Source: an uncultured Gammaproteobacteria bacterium (GTDB lineage: Bacteria > Patescibacteriota > Microgenomatia > Daviesbacterales > UBA10151). Taken from it: a DNA stretch of 64,000 nt. Below are positions 26,030 to 35,537 of this stretch, in pieces. The stretch spans positions 9,013-73,012 of the forward strand of contig CAYOOO010000004.1 of assembly GCA_964405655.1 (NCBI GenBank), in the 5' to 3' direction. How positions within the stretch are numbered: position 1 is the stretch's first letter; the number at the start of each line of letters is the position of its first letter. Made by a program: the position numbers and the translations under genes. A model generated the notes under the pieces. It was not told the DNA's origin. It searched no databases and saw only the letters and a list, made by a program, of their open reading frames with translations.

Positions 26030-26874
26030 TGTGGCCAAAACTTACCATTATATTTCCAACCTATAACAATTGGCAGCTAACGCTTAGAACCCTAAAATCC
26101 GTTGGACAAATTAATTATCCAAAAAGTCAGCTTGAGATTATTATCATAGATAATAACTCCAAAGATAATACTGCTAAAAATATTAAAAAGTTATTTCCTA
26201 ACATAATACTTCTCTCTCAAAAATCAAACCTGGGTTTTGCTAAAGCGATTAATATTGCCTCCAAGGCAGCTACTGGGGAATACTTATTTATTACCAACAA
26301 TGATGTTTCCTTCAAAAAAACATATCTAGCTAGATTACTTAGTTTTGCCATTAATACCCCAAAACTGGGTGTTTGCGGAGGCAAGATTGTCACAGAATCT
26401 CTGAACGGAAAATATTTTGATGGAGCAGTCAATGTCTCCCATTCGACTTCAGGACTAAAAAGACTTGAAAACTATCACAAAACTCAGGAGGTTGATTATA
26501 TAAGCGGAGCGGGAATGTTGGTAAAAAAGGATATTTTTGAAAAAGTTAAAGGATTTGATACAAAGTTCCAGTTTTATTTTGAGGATTTGGATTTTTGCTT
26601 TAGGGTTAAAAAACTGGGCTATCAGATTATCTATTTTCCTCAAGCGACTATGTATCATAAACAATCTTCTACAGCCTCAACTATGCCACTAAAGTGGCAG
26701 AATGATGTTTGGATTCAAGGAAAGATGCTTGTCATTAAAAAACATTTTAGGTTTTGGGTGATACCATTTATTATTTTGCTTAAAAGCTTATTTTACTTGT
26801 ACATTTTAGTAAAAAGGCGTCAGAATCGCTTTGGTTCTTTACTTCGAGCCATTACTAAAGTATTTTTAGCCTAA
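26029..26874 (+). CDS. GT2 glycosyltransferase (rhamnosyltransferase-like)
   Basis: IDNNSKD, NLGFAKAIN, TNND, YFEDLDFCFR. Confidence 0.9.
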   Translation: MWPKLTIIFPTYNNWQLTLRTLKSVGQINYPKSQLEIIIIDNNSKDNTAKNIKKLFPNIILLSQKSNLGFAKAINIASKAATGEYLFITNNDVSFKKTYLARLLSFAINTPKLGVCGGKIVTESLNGKYFDGAVNVSHSTSGLKRLENYHKTQEVDYISGAGMLVKKDIFEKVKGFDTKFQFYFEDLDFCFRVKKLGYQIIYFPQATMYHKQSSTASTMPLKWQNDVWIQGKMLVIKKHFRFWVIPFIILLKSLFYLYILVKRRQNRFGSLLRAITKVFLA

Positions 26875-26876
26875 AT

Positions 26877-28313
26877 ATGCTCAGGCTTCCTACACTAATT
26901 GTTGTTTTTGCCTTTACTATCAGGATTTTATATGCGCTTTATTCACATGATTTTTGGTTAGACGAAGCCTTTAATTTCTTTATCTCTCAAAATGAACCCA
27001 AAACTATTATTTATGCTTTATCTTTTGATAACTGGCCACCTCTTTATTCACTCTTTATGCACTACTGGCAAAAGATTTCAGAAAATTACTTCTGGCTGAG
27101 ACTACCCTCGGTTATATTCGGATCTCTGCTGTTAATAATTATCTATCAAACTTCTAAAAAGTTATTTAATGTTAGTATTGCCTTAGCTGCAATCCTTCTT
27201 GCCTCAGTCTCACCTGCTCTTGTCTACTTTTCAGCTGAAAACCGACCGTATTCACTATTTACACTCCTTACCAGTTTGACAGTTTTACTGTTCTTAAGGT
27301 TAAGAGATAAAGAGTCATTTATAAACTATTTGCTTTTTGTCATCTCTGCAATTTTGACAATTTATACCCACTACTTTGGTCTTTTATTGATTTTGGCACT
27401 AATTGCCTCCTCGAAATTTACCTCTTTTTTAAAGCTAAAGTTCGAGAATATTTTTTCTGCCTTAGCAATAATTATTTTAGCCTCAAGTCCATGGTGGTTT
27501 TATAGTTACTTAAAACCTCATCCAGAGTGTCTTTGTTTACCACCGTTACCGGCGATACTGGCTACTTTCGGTTTTTTTGCAATTGGAGGTAGCGGATTGA
27601 TTAATTTAAAGCATTTTTTCCAAGTTCAAACTCCACTCTTTATTAAGTTGTTTTTAGGTGTATTTATTGCGATATCCACTTTTCTTTTTTTTAGAGGGCT
27701 AAAAAAATTATCAAATAGAAAAGTCCTGTGGCTTTACTTAATTATCTTTTCTTCAATATTATTGATCTTAGTTTTATCTCTCTTTTTTAATATTTTTTCA
27801 GTCAGAAGCTTGATTTTTCTTATTCCGATCTACTTAATTGTAATCGCCATAGCTCTTGACAAGATGGGTAAATTTATTTATCTAAACTTAAGATTTAGAT
27901 TATTATCAATATACTTTGTTACTTTACTAATCATCTTGATAATAACTGTCCAAAGACCATTTTTTAACTTAGAGCCACTTAAGCAGATGTCTGACAAATT
28001 ATCCCAGCTAGACCGACCTCAAACTGCTATCATCCATGCAAATATCTACACCTATTTGCCTGCAAAGTACTACTACCCTACCTCTCGCCAGTCTGTTTTA
28101 AAACCATCTCTGCCTGAGCAATTGTCACATTCACTTAATATCCAAATTCTTGATCAAAAAGTATTGAAAGAAAGCTCACAAATAGTCTTGGTATATGCAA
28201 ATGACCGTTATGATAAACAAAGCTTTGATAATCTTAGAACTATCCTAGTAAATATTAAACATAAATCCGCGAAACATTCTTTGGGAAAGATAAACCTAGA
28301 AATATTTGAATAA
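26877..28313 (+). CDS. GT-C membrane glycosyltransferase (GT39/ArnT-like)
   Basis: FWLDEA, DNWPPLY, LRLPSV, ENRPY, YTHYFG; many TM helices. Confidence 0.85.
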   Translation: MLRLPTLIVVFAFTIRILYALYSHDFWLDEAFNFFISQNEPKTIIYALSFDNWPPLYSLFMHYWQKISENYFWLRLPSVIFGSLLLIIIYQTSKKLFNVSIALAAILLASVSPALVYFSAENRPYSLFTLLTSLTVLLFLRLRDKESFINYLLFVISAILTIYTHYFGLLLILALIASSKFTSFLKLKFENIFSALAIIILASSPWWFYSYLKPHPECLCLPPLPAILATFGFFAIGGSGLINLKHFFQVQTPLFIKLFLGVFIAISTFLFFRGLKKLSNRKVLWLYLIIFSSILLILVLSLFFNIFSVRSLIFLIPIYLIVIAIALDKMGKFIYLNLRFRLLSIYFVTLLIILIITVQRPFFNLEPLKQMSDKLSQLDRPQTAIIHANIYTYLPAKYYYPTSRQSVLKPSLPEQLSHSLNIQILDQKVLKESSQIVLVYANDRYDKQSFDNLRTILVNIKHKSAKHSLGKINLEIFE

Positions 28314-30655
28314 TGAATAAGCGTAATAAAAAAATTGCAATTTTAATAGACCAATTTGTGCTTGGAGGAGTCCAAAAAGCTGCTTTCTTTGAGGCTTTTC
28401 TTTTAAATAAAATTGGTACTAAAGCTAAAATATTAATTTTGATGAGAAGCGGTTTTCAGACAAAGTTCACCGATTACTTCCCTAAAACAAAGTTCAAGTT
28501 TTTATCTGATCATTACCCTAAAATATTTAAAAAATCCATTAAATTTCCGATCTTCTCATTCTTTTCAACGCTCCATTTGCTGGGACCCTTTCTTGCTCCG
28601 CAGGTCGTCAAACCAAAAGATTTCAATATAATCATTGCTCACGGAACCACCACTTGTTTAACAGCTCTGGCGCTCTGGAAGAAACACCGTATTCCATACA
28701 TTGCAGTTATTCATGATCCGATGGAGTACATCTTAAAAAAAGTCTATTTTAATACTCCTCTTAGGTACTTTTTTTGGTTAATATCCCCGATACTTTTTTA
28801 CCTTGAAAAGCAAATTATTAAAAATGCAAAGACCGTAATTGTTGACTCAGAAAAACACTCATCATTTATTCAAAAAAATTATGGAATCAACCCAGAAGTA
28901 TTAACTCTTGGTGCACAACCACTTCTTAGATTGCCAAAGGTCAGAAAAAACTATTTAGTCGCCTCCTCCAGATGGGAATTAGGCAAAAATCCTCAGCTAC
29001 TTTTAGAAATAATGAAATTTTTACCAAATAATAAGCTTTTAATCGTTGGTAACTGGACAAACCCTTCTGATTTATCAGAGTTTAAGCAAAAAATAAAAGA
29101 AAGTAGCTTGGAAAAAAGAGTAATTATCAAAAAAGATGTACCACCAAAACAACTTACCAGAATATACTCTGAAGCCTTGGTCTGGATTCACCCTAATGTT
29201 GAGGCATTTGGGTTGGGAGGATTTGAAGCAGCCTCATGCGGATGTCCGGTAATTATGCCAAAAGGAAGTGGCCTCAATCAAATCTTGAAAAATGGGGTTG
29301 ACGGCTTTTTCCCGGATCAGGTAACTATCGAAGACTTTTTAAAACCTGTTAAATATCTCATATCACATCCTGATATTGCTAAAACCATGGGTTTGCACGC
29401 CTGGAATACTATCAAAAACGGCTTATCTTGGCAAAATCATGTCAAGCAGCTTGAAGGACTAATCAGCTTCTCATTAAATAAAGTAGAGGTGGTTGCTTTG
29501 GAAACTGGACATGCTCAAGGAACTGTTATCTCAGGAGGAGACAAGCTGCTTGAAGAAATGTCTGTCTATTTTTCGCATAATATTGATCTAACTGTAATCA
29601 TCCCAAAAATTGCTGCTTGGCATTGGAGAAGGAGACAAGCTCACATTATTACTCTAAAAGAGACTATTTTTGATAATAACCCTTCCCCTTTTCCAGTTTT
29701 TACAACTTATATTATTCGCATTCTGTCAACCATTAAATTATTAATCAAATTGCAGCCAAAACAAATTCTTTATTCCTCAACAAATGTTTTTCCAGATGTT
29801 ATTCCAGCCTATCTTTTTAAACTGATGAACCCAAAAGTTCGTTGGTTCGCTAGAATTCATCATCTGACACCTCCTCCTCACAAAAGACCTGGAAATTTTT
29901 TAATTAATACCGCTTCTTACTTGCTACAAGAAATATCCCTGGTTGCTCTAAAATATAAGGCAGATCTAGTTGCAGCTCTAAACCCTATGCTAAGAGTTGA
30001 TTTATTGAAAATCGGCTTTAGAAAGGAAAAATTGGTTGTAGTCACTGCCGGAATAAAAAGCAGAAATTTTAAGAAATCCTCCAAACTAGTCTCAAAACCC
30101 TATGATGGAGTATTTTTAGGTAGAATGCACCCTTCTAAAGGAATTCTAGATTTAATTCCAATTTGGAGCTCTGTTTGTAAAATATTACCAGAGGCTAAAT
30201 TGGTAATTATCGGACAGTCAAATCCGGCTATAACCCAATCCTTATATAAACAAGCAAGTGAATATAATTTCCTAAAGAAAAATGTTCAAATTCTTGGACC
30301 CCTGTCAGATAATAAGGTTCAAGAATATTTAACCCGTTCAAAACTTTTTTACTTCACTGATCATGAAGCTGGATTTGGACTTGCTGGACTGGAGGCTATG
30401 TCACTTGGGCTACCTGTCATCGGTTGGGACATCGGAATCTTAGGAAATGTCTTTAAAAAAGGTTTTATCAAAATTAAGCCCTTTGATTACAACCAGTTTG
30501 CCTTAAAAACAGTTGAACTTCTGCAAAATAACTCTAAGCTAGGATATTTATCAAAACAAGCAATCATCGAAAGCAAAGAACACGACTGGAAAAAAGTAGC
30601 TGTTGGATTTGAATCTCTGTTGTATAAGCTAGCGTCAAATAGTGTGCATAAATGA
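28313..30655 (+). CDS. Tandem double-GT4 glycosyltransferase
   Basis: Two GT-B modules with EAFGLGGFEA and EAGFGLAGLEA motifs in 780 aa. Confidence 0.85.
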   Translation: MNKRNKKIAILIDQFVLGGVQKAAFFEAFLLNKIGTKAKILILMRSGFQTKFTDYFPKTKFKFLSDHYPKIFKKSIKFPIFSFFSTLHLLGPFLAPQVVKPKDFNIIIAHGTTTCLTALALWKKHRIPYIAVIHDPMEYILKKVYFNTPLRYFFWLISPILFYLEKQIIKNAKTVIVDSEKHSSFIQKNYGINPEVLTLGAQPLLRLPKVRKNYLVASSRWELGKNPQLLLEIMKFLPNNKLLIVGNWTNPSDLSEFKQKIKESSLEKRVIIKKDVPPKQLTRIYSEALVWIHPNVEAFGLGGFEAASCGCPVIMPKGSGLNQILKNGVDGFFPDQVTIEDFLKPVKYLISHPDIAKTMGLHAWNTIKNGLSWQNHVKQLEGLISFSLNKVEVVALETGHAQGTVISGGDKLLEEMSVYFSHNIDLTVIIPKIAAWHWRRRQAHIITLKETIFDNNPSPFPVFTTYIIRILSTIKLLIKLQPKQILYSSTNVFPDVIPAYLFKLMNPKVRWFARIHHLTPPPHKRPGNFLINTASYLLQEISLVALKYKADLVAALNPMLRVDLLKIGFRKEKLVVVTAGIKSRNFKKSSKLVSKPYDGVFLGRMHPSKGILDLIPIWSSVCKILPEAKLVIIGQSNPAITQSLYKQASEYNFLKKNVQILGPLSDNKVQEYLTRSKLFYFTDHEAGFGLAGLEAMSLGLPVIGWDIGILGNVFKKGFIKIKPFDYNQFALKTVELLQNNSKLGYLSKQAIIESKEHDWKKVAVGFESLLYKLASNSVHK

Positions 30656-31815
30656 ACAGGGGAAAAAAAATATCAATTGCTATCTTAACTGAAGTTTTAA
30701 ACACTCATTCAGGCTCAAGAGCTCCAATTGAACTATCTCTTGCCCTAAACAAACTAAACTCTAAAAAAATCGAGCTTTATCTAGTGTGTTTCAGTTACAA
30801 ACTAGATAAGAAGCTTAAGAAAAAATTAGAGTCTCAGAATATAAAAATATTTATTTTAAGAGTTAATAACTTATCTTTTCTATCAAAACTCAAAGCCAGC
30901 CTTAAGCTTTTTGAAATATTTAAAAAAAATTCAATTGATACTATCTTATTCCATGGTTCACTACCGATGTTTTTGATTGCCAGAGTGTTTAAAAAGCCGA
31001 TTATTACTACTTACTATGGAACACAATTTAATGCTTTTGAGGAAAAGTTCTTACCTAACGAAAAGATCTCTCTTTTCCAGAAATTAATAAATCAGTTAGG
31101 AAACTTAGCAATATATGTCTTTCAAGCAGTACCAGTACTTTTATCCAACAAGGTGGTAACCATGACTAAATATGGTAGCGATGAATGCTATAAATTATTT
31201 AGAAGGAAAGTCGGTTTTATATATCAGGGTGCTGATTCAGATAGTTTAAGATCATTAAAATCAAAAGTCGTCAATAAAAATTCTCAAATTACCTTTATCT
31301 CAGTCAGCCGTATTACACCATACAAGGGTTTCCATATTTTAATCAAAGCATTTAATGGTCTACAGCCAAATAAAATAAAAAGAAGACTTATTATTGTTGG
31401 TTCGTCTGTACGCAAAAGATATTTAGATTATTTAAAAGCGTTAGGAGATAAAAATGTTTATTTTTTTACTGATATATCTGATAAAAAATTAATAACTCTT
31501 TATTCCAAATCAAATATTTACATAGGTGCTGACAGATATCTTTTTTTTGGTCTACCACCCTTAGAGGCTGCGAAGTTTGGAATTCCATCAATTCTGATGG
31601 ACTACTGTTCAGCAAGAGAGATAGTAGAAAATAACGAGACTGGATTTGTTGTAAATTCTGATTCAGAGTTACGAAATAGAATGACAGAACTAGCAACAAA
31701 TGTAAAACTTAGACTAAGCATGGGTTTTGCTGCAAAAGAACGCACACAAAAATTATTCAGGTGGGAAGAAACAGCCAAAAAATACTACAGCCTGATTAAA
31801 AATCTTAATTCTTAA
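30652..31815 (+). CDS. GT4 glycosyltransferase
   Basis: SVSRITPYKG, FFGLPPLEAAKFGIP. Confidence 0.88.
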   Translation: MNRGKKISIAILTEVLNTHSGSRAPIELSLALNKLNSKKIELYLVCFSYKLDKKLKKKLESQNIKIFILRVNNLSFLSKLKASLKLFEIFKKNSIDTILFHGSLPMFLIARVFKKPIITTYYGTQFNAFEEKFLPNEKISLFQKLINQLGNLAIYVFQAVPVLLSNKVVTMTKYGSDECYKLFRRKVGFIYQGADSDSLRSLKSKVVNKNSQITFISVSRITPYKGFHILIKAFNGLQPNKIKRRLIIVGSSVRKRYLDYLKALGDKNVYFFTDISDKKLITLYSKSNIYIGADRYLFFGLPPLEAAKFGIPSILMDYCSAREIVENNETGFVVNSDSELRNRMTELATNVKLRLSMGFAAKERTQKLFRWEETAKKYYSLIKNLNS

Positions 31816-32494
31816 ATCCCACTATAAATAAAGTCCCACAAAATTGTAAAATTGGGCAGAAGATAGGCTTAATTGTACTTCTAATACCAACCTTACTTAA
31901 AAGGTTCCTTAATCTTGGTGATGGAGGGAAACCAAAGGAAAAACATCCTTGAATCCTGATATCTTTAAACCCAACTCTTTGAAATGATTCTTTCCAAAAT
32001 TTTGCGCCCTTAACATTTATGTGGGTCGGATCATATGGTAATAATACTTTCCCTAGTATAGTACCCTCTAGATCCCCATTAGGGGTTGAGGCTAAGAATA
32101 TCCCTCCCTTATTTAATACCCTAAAAGCCTCAGCAATTACAAAATCTGAGTTCTGAGTATGTTCTAGCAGGTCAAAAGCAGTTACTGCATCCAATAAACT
32201 ACCTTTAAATGGCCACCTATCCTTAGACACATCTACAATTTTGACAGTAGCTTTGGTTCTCTTTCTTGCCTGAGATACAGCATAATCAGAAATTTCCAGA
32301 CCGAAGGTTTCGATATTTGCCTGGTCACAGAAACTTAAAAACTCACCAAGCGCGCAACCAACGTCCAGAATACTGCCTATCTGTTTTTTTCTTGATAACA
32401 GAAACTTGAGATGATATTTTAAGATCTGCTCTCGCTCATTGCTTTCTAACTTATAAAAGTCATCAAAATACTTTTTTCCGTAGCTATTCCCCAT
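31805..32494 (-). CDS. Class I SAM-dependent methyltransferase
   Basis: ILDVGCALG, FDLLEH, STPN, DPTHIN. Confidence 0.88.
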   Translation of the reverse strand: MGNSYGKKYFDDFYKLESNEREQILKYHLKFLLSRKKQIGSILDVGCALGEFLSFCDQANIETFGLEISDYAVSQARKRTKATVKIVDVSKDRWPFKGSLLDAVTAFDLLEHTQNSDFVIAEAFRVLNKGGIFLASTPNGDLEGTILGKVLLPYDPTHINVKGAKFWKESFQRVGFKDIRIQGCFSFGFPPSPRLRNLLSKVGIRSTIKPIFCPILQFCGTLFIVGFKN

Positions 32495-35400
32495 CTTCTT
32501 TTTGCCACCAAGTTGAGGCTTTTTTATGAATTAACCTTAATCCCTTCTTTGATAATCGAACAATCAGAAATCCCCTAAACAAGATTAAGTCAATTAGAAT
32601 TAAAATCGTTGCCAAAGAGATCAAATGATATATTTTCCATCTGATACCACCAACAAATTCAAATTTGACTTCTTTAGGTTTAACATCTTGAGAGAAAGGA
32701 ACATACATATAACCCGGGTAAGTAGGTCCAGCTTTGTATAGAGTCAAGCTCTTGCCACTCTCAGATTTTGCTTTCCAGCTGTCATAAAGCTCTTCTTTAA
32801 ATAGCACTCCTCTACTTCCTGCTGAATCTACTTCTCTTTTCTCAGGAGATATGAATCTATAGTTGAAATTACCAATTTTCTTTTCTGAAATATCGACTCC
32901 GGAAAAAAGCATATTAATCAAAAATTTAGTTTCTTCCTCGTTATAATCCCGGATTGCATGATATGGTAAATTAAACCCGGTCCAAATTAGATTACCTGAT
33001 CCGATATCGATTGAAGCAGCCACAACCTTGCCGTTGTTTTTTAAGATAACTTTTGCTTCTGATTGAACAGCGCTATCGCTATCTGGGTGTGAAACATTCC
33101 AAGGTTTTCCGTCAAAATCTAAAGGAGAAAACTTGTCAAAAGATATCCCTTTAGTTAGATTACTATCTGCAGTTTCGACTTTCCAATCTCGCCCAATATT
33201 ATTTCTGATAGTATGTTTAATTGGTAAGATATCGGGTAAATTACTGCTGGCAGCTTCTTTTCCTTCAGGTCCGGTATCAATGTAGATCCGCCCGCCTTTC
33301 TCTAGATACTTTGACAGTGTCCCCCAGGCTTTTGATTTATTTTTATAATCATAGCGGTACAGTATCACCTTATCAAACTTCCTTAGCTCGCCCAGGCTAT
33401 AATCATCGATAAAATTTGATTTTGTAGCAATTACAATCTTTTGGCTATTTAAATTGCGCATGCCGATAAAACGGTAGATTGTGTCATAAGCGACTGCATC
33501 CCCAATTAGTAATATCGGACTAGCATTATTGGGTGCCAGTATTGGCGAAACCAATTCAGGTTTAACACGGTAATATTTTAGTGTCTGGGTTAAATCAGGA
33601 AAGAACTTTCCTATTTCTTCTGGTTTCGGACCATAACGCCTAATTACTCCTAATGATTTTACCTCTTCCTCTTCTGCTACATAATCTTTGGTTGTGACAT
33701 GTTCTGCCAATACTGAGGGCGAGCTGCTGGCATAATTTCCTAAATAGTAATATACGGAATTCCAATCAAGAAGAAATTTGGTATTTTCATAAGCCACGTT
33801 TTCAGGAGTTTTCCAGTCAATAATCAGTGAGGCTTTGGCATCCTTGCCTGATGGCCCCATCAAAGAGTCTAGCCAGAATAGTCCCCATCTTTGAAGGGTG
33901 TTAACCGGAGGGTCTACATAGCCTCTTGCCAAAGGCATATCATATAGCATTGGCCACCATAAATTAACCGTGGCATCAACTGTATAAAGTCTTTTATTCT
34001 TGTCGTTTGGATCTATAAACTTAGGGGTCAATTTTTGAGCTATTTCCTTCATTTCAGCATCGGAAGTTTTAACATTCAAAATATCAGGATATGGACTAGA
34101 TGCTGTGGATAATAAATCTATCCGGGCGATTAAAGCCTTGGTTAAACCCGGTGTAAAATATAAATATCCAAAAACTATAAAAAATACATTTGCCACAACT
34201 AGAGTTGTCCAGGAAGTTATCTTGAAAAATTTAACCTCACTAAACCTGTTAAAAGCTAGCGATATTTGTCCCCAAAATACTGCTGCTAAAGAAGCAGCAG
34301 CCACCGGTATAGGCCAAAAGGCTTTGTACCAACCAGTAATGAATAGATCTATGCCTCTTGAAAACAAAAATATCGTGATAAACTGATAAATCAAAAAAAT
34401 TGCAAAAGGCAAGACACACAATATACTTCTTAAACGATGCTTGCGGAATATGATTGTGACAACAAAGCAAAGAGCAAATATCCCTACCAAATACCAAATT
34501 AACTGCTGCGTATCATTTAATACATAATTGAATTGGTCATGGCTCCATTTAATAATATTGGCGGCAGTTGATCCTTCTACCGGACCGCTTTCTAATGTAT
34601 GGCGATTTATTAACGAATTAGAAAATATTGAACCAACCTTTCCTAGATAGGAAAAAAGTGTGGCAGGTAGTGTGCTGCTAAAATTTGATAAAACTCCAGG
34701 CAGACCAACTAAAAACCAAAGTACAACAAAGACAATCAAATTTTTGATTCTTTGACCGAATTTTAATCCTTCCCTACCGCTGTAAAAGAGTAAAATCAGG
34801 ATGCTTAAAGGAATAATAACGTTTAAAAAAGCTTGCGGGTGTCCCAATAACCCGAGTCCAGCTGCAATACTGGCCAAATATAACCATCTCTTTTTATATG
34901 TATTCAAAAATCTGATTAGTAAGAAACCAACTAACGGGTAGAAGGCTTGGGTAGACCAGAAAGGAATACCGCCAGCCCAAACTAAGGCCCGATACAAATT
35001 TACAGATAAAATAGTCGCAATAGTTAAAACCAAAGACAAACCAGCGTTAAAAGAAAGCTCCTTGTAGAAAAAATAGCAAGAGATGGCAAAGATCAGTAAA
35101 AAGAACACAGCAAAATGCATCACTCCTTGAATTAGTCCAAACTTTTCTATAAAGGGAATCATCCCTAAAAAATACAACGATGGATAATCTAAAGAGAATG
35201 GTTGTCCTCCAAACCAAAAATGTTTCCAGGCAAAGGGCCTTAAGAAATCATGCCACTTGATCATGTAACTGGTATAAGTTGCAGATAAAAATAAATCTAT
35301 TCCTCTGACTGGATTTTTTGTTAGATACCAGCTGATAACAGGTTCTAAAGTTTTATAAACTATTCCCGCTGCAGCAATATTTATCAGTCCGCTGACTGAG

Positions 35401-35537
35401 AATAAAATCCATCTGAGTATTCTTATATGGATTTTTTCTTCTTTTTTAACTAGCTTCAAAACGTCACCAGATAGTTTCTCAACATCTTCCTGAATTTTTG
35501 CTTCATTTAGTTTTAGAGAGTCAGTAGTATTACTCAT
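32484..35537 (-). CDS. Large GT-C/YfhO-like (PF10131-type) membrane protein
   Basis: WKHFWFGGQPFSLDYPSL loop, about 13 TM helices, large extracytoplasmic domain, final TM and WWQKEDGE tail. ATG 35537 preferred over track start 35561. Confidence 0.75.
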   Translation of the reverse strand: MSNTTDSLKLNEAKIQEDVEKLSGDVLKLVKKEEKIHIRILRWILFSVSGLINIAAAGIVYKTLEPVISWYLTKNPVRGIDLFLSATYTSYMIKWHDFLRPFAWKHFWFGGQPFSLDYPSLYFLGMIPFIEKFGLIQGVMHFAVFFLLIFAISCYFFYKELSFNAGLSLVLTIATILSVNLYRALVWAGGIPFWSTQAFYPLVGFLLIRFLNTYKKRWLYLASIAAGLGLLGHPQAFLNVIIPLSILILLFYSGREGLKFGQRIKNLIVFVVLWFLVGLPGVLSNFSSTLPATLFSYLGKVGSIFSNSLINRHTLESGPVEGSTAANIIKWSHDQFNYVLNDTQQLIWYLVGIFALCFVVTIIFRKHRLRSILCVLPFAIFLIYQFITIFLFSRGIDLFITGWYKAFWPIPVAAASLAAVFWGQISLAFNRFSEVKFFKITSWTTLVVANVFFIVFGYLYFTPGLTKALIARIDLLSTASSPYPDILNVKTSDAEMKEIAQKLTPKFIDPNDKNKRLYTVDATVNLWWPMLYDMPLARGYVDPPVNTLQRWGLFWLDSLMGPSGKDAKASLIIDWKTPENVAYENTKFLLDWNSVYYYLGNYASSSPSVLAEHVTTKDYVAEEEEVKSLGVIRRYGPKPEEIGKFFPDLTQTLKYYRVKPELVSPILAPNNASPILLIGDAVAYDTIYRFIGMRNLNSQKIVIATKSNFIDDYSLGELRKFDKVILYRYDYKNKSKAWGTLSKYLEKGGRIYIDTGPEGKEAASSNLPDILPIKHTIRNNIGRDWKVETADSNLTKGISFDKFSPLDFDGKPWNVSHPDSDSAVQSEAKVILKNNGKVVAASIDIGSGNLIWTGFNLPYHAIRDYNEEETKFLINMLFSGVDISEKKIGNFNYRFISPEKREVDSAGSRGVLFKEELYDSWKAKSESGKSLTLYKAGPTYPGYMYVPFSQDVKPKEVKFEFVGGIRWKIYHLISLATILILIDLILFRGFLIVRLSKKGLRLIHKKASTWWQKEDGE

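Noticed and set aside
34104-34112. Perfect DnaA box TGTGGATAA
   Set aside because: Isolated and inside a CDS; compatible with chance.
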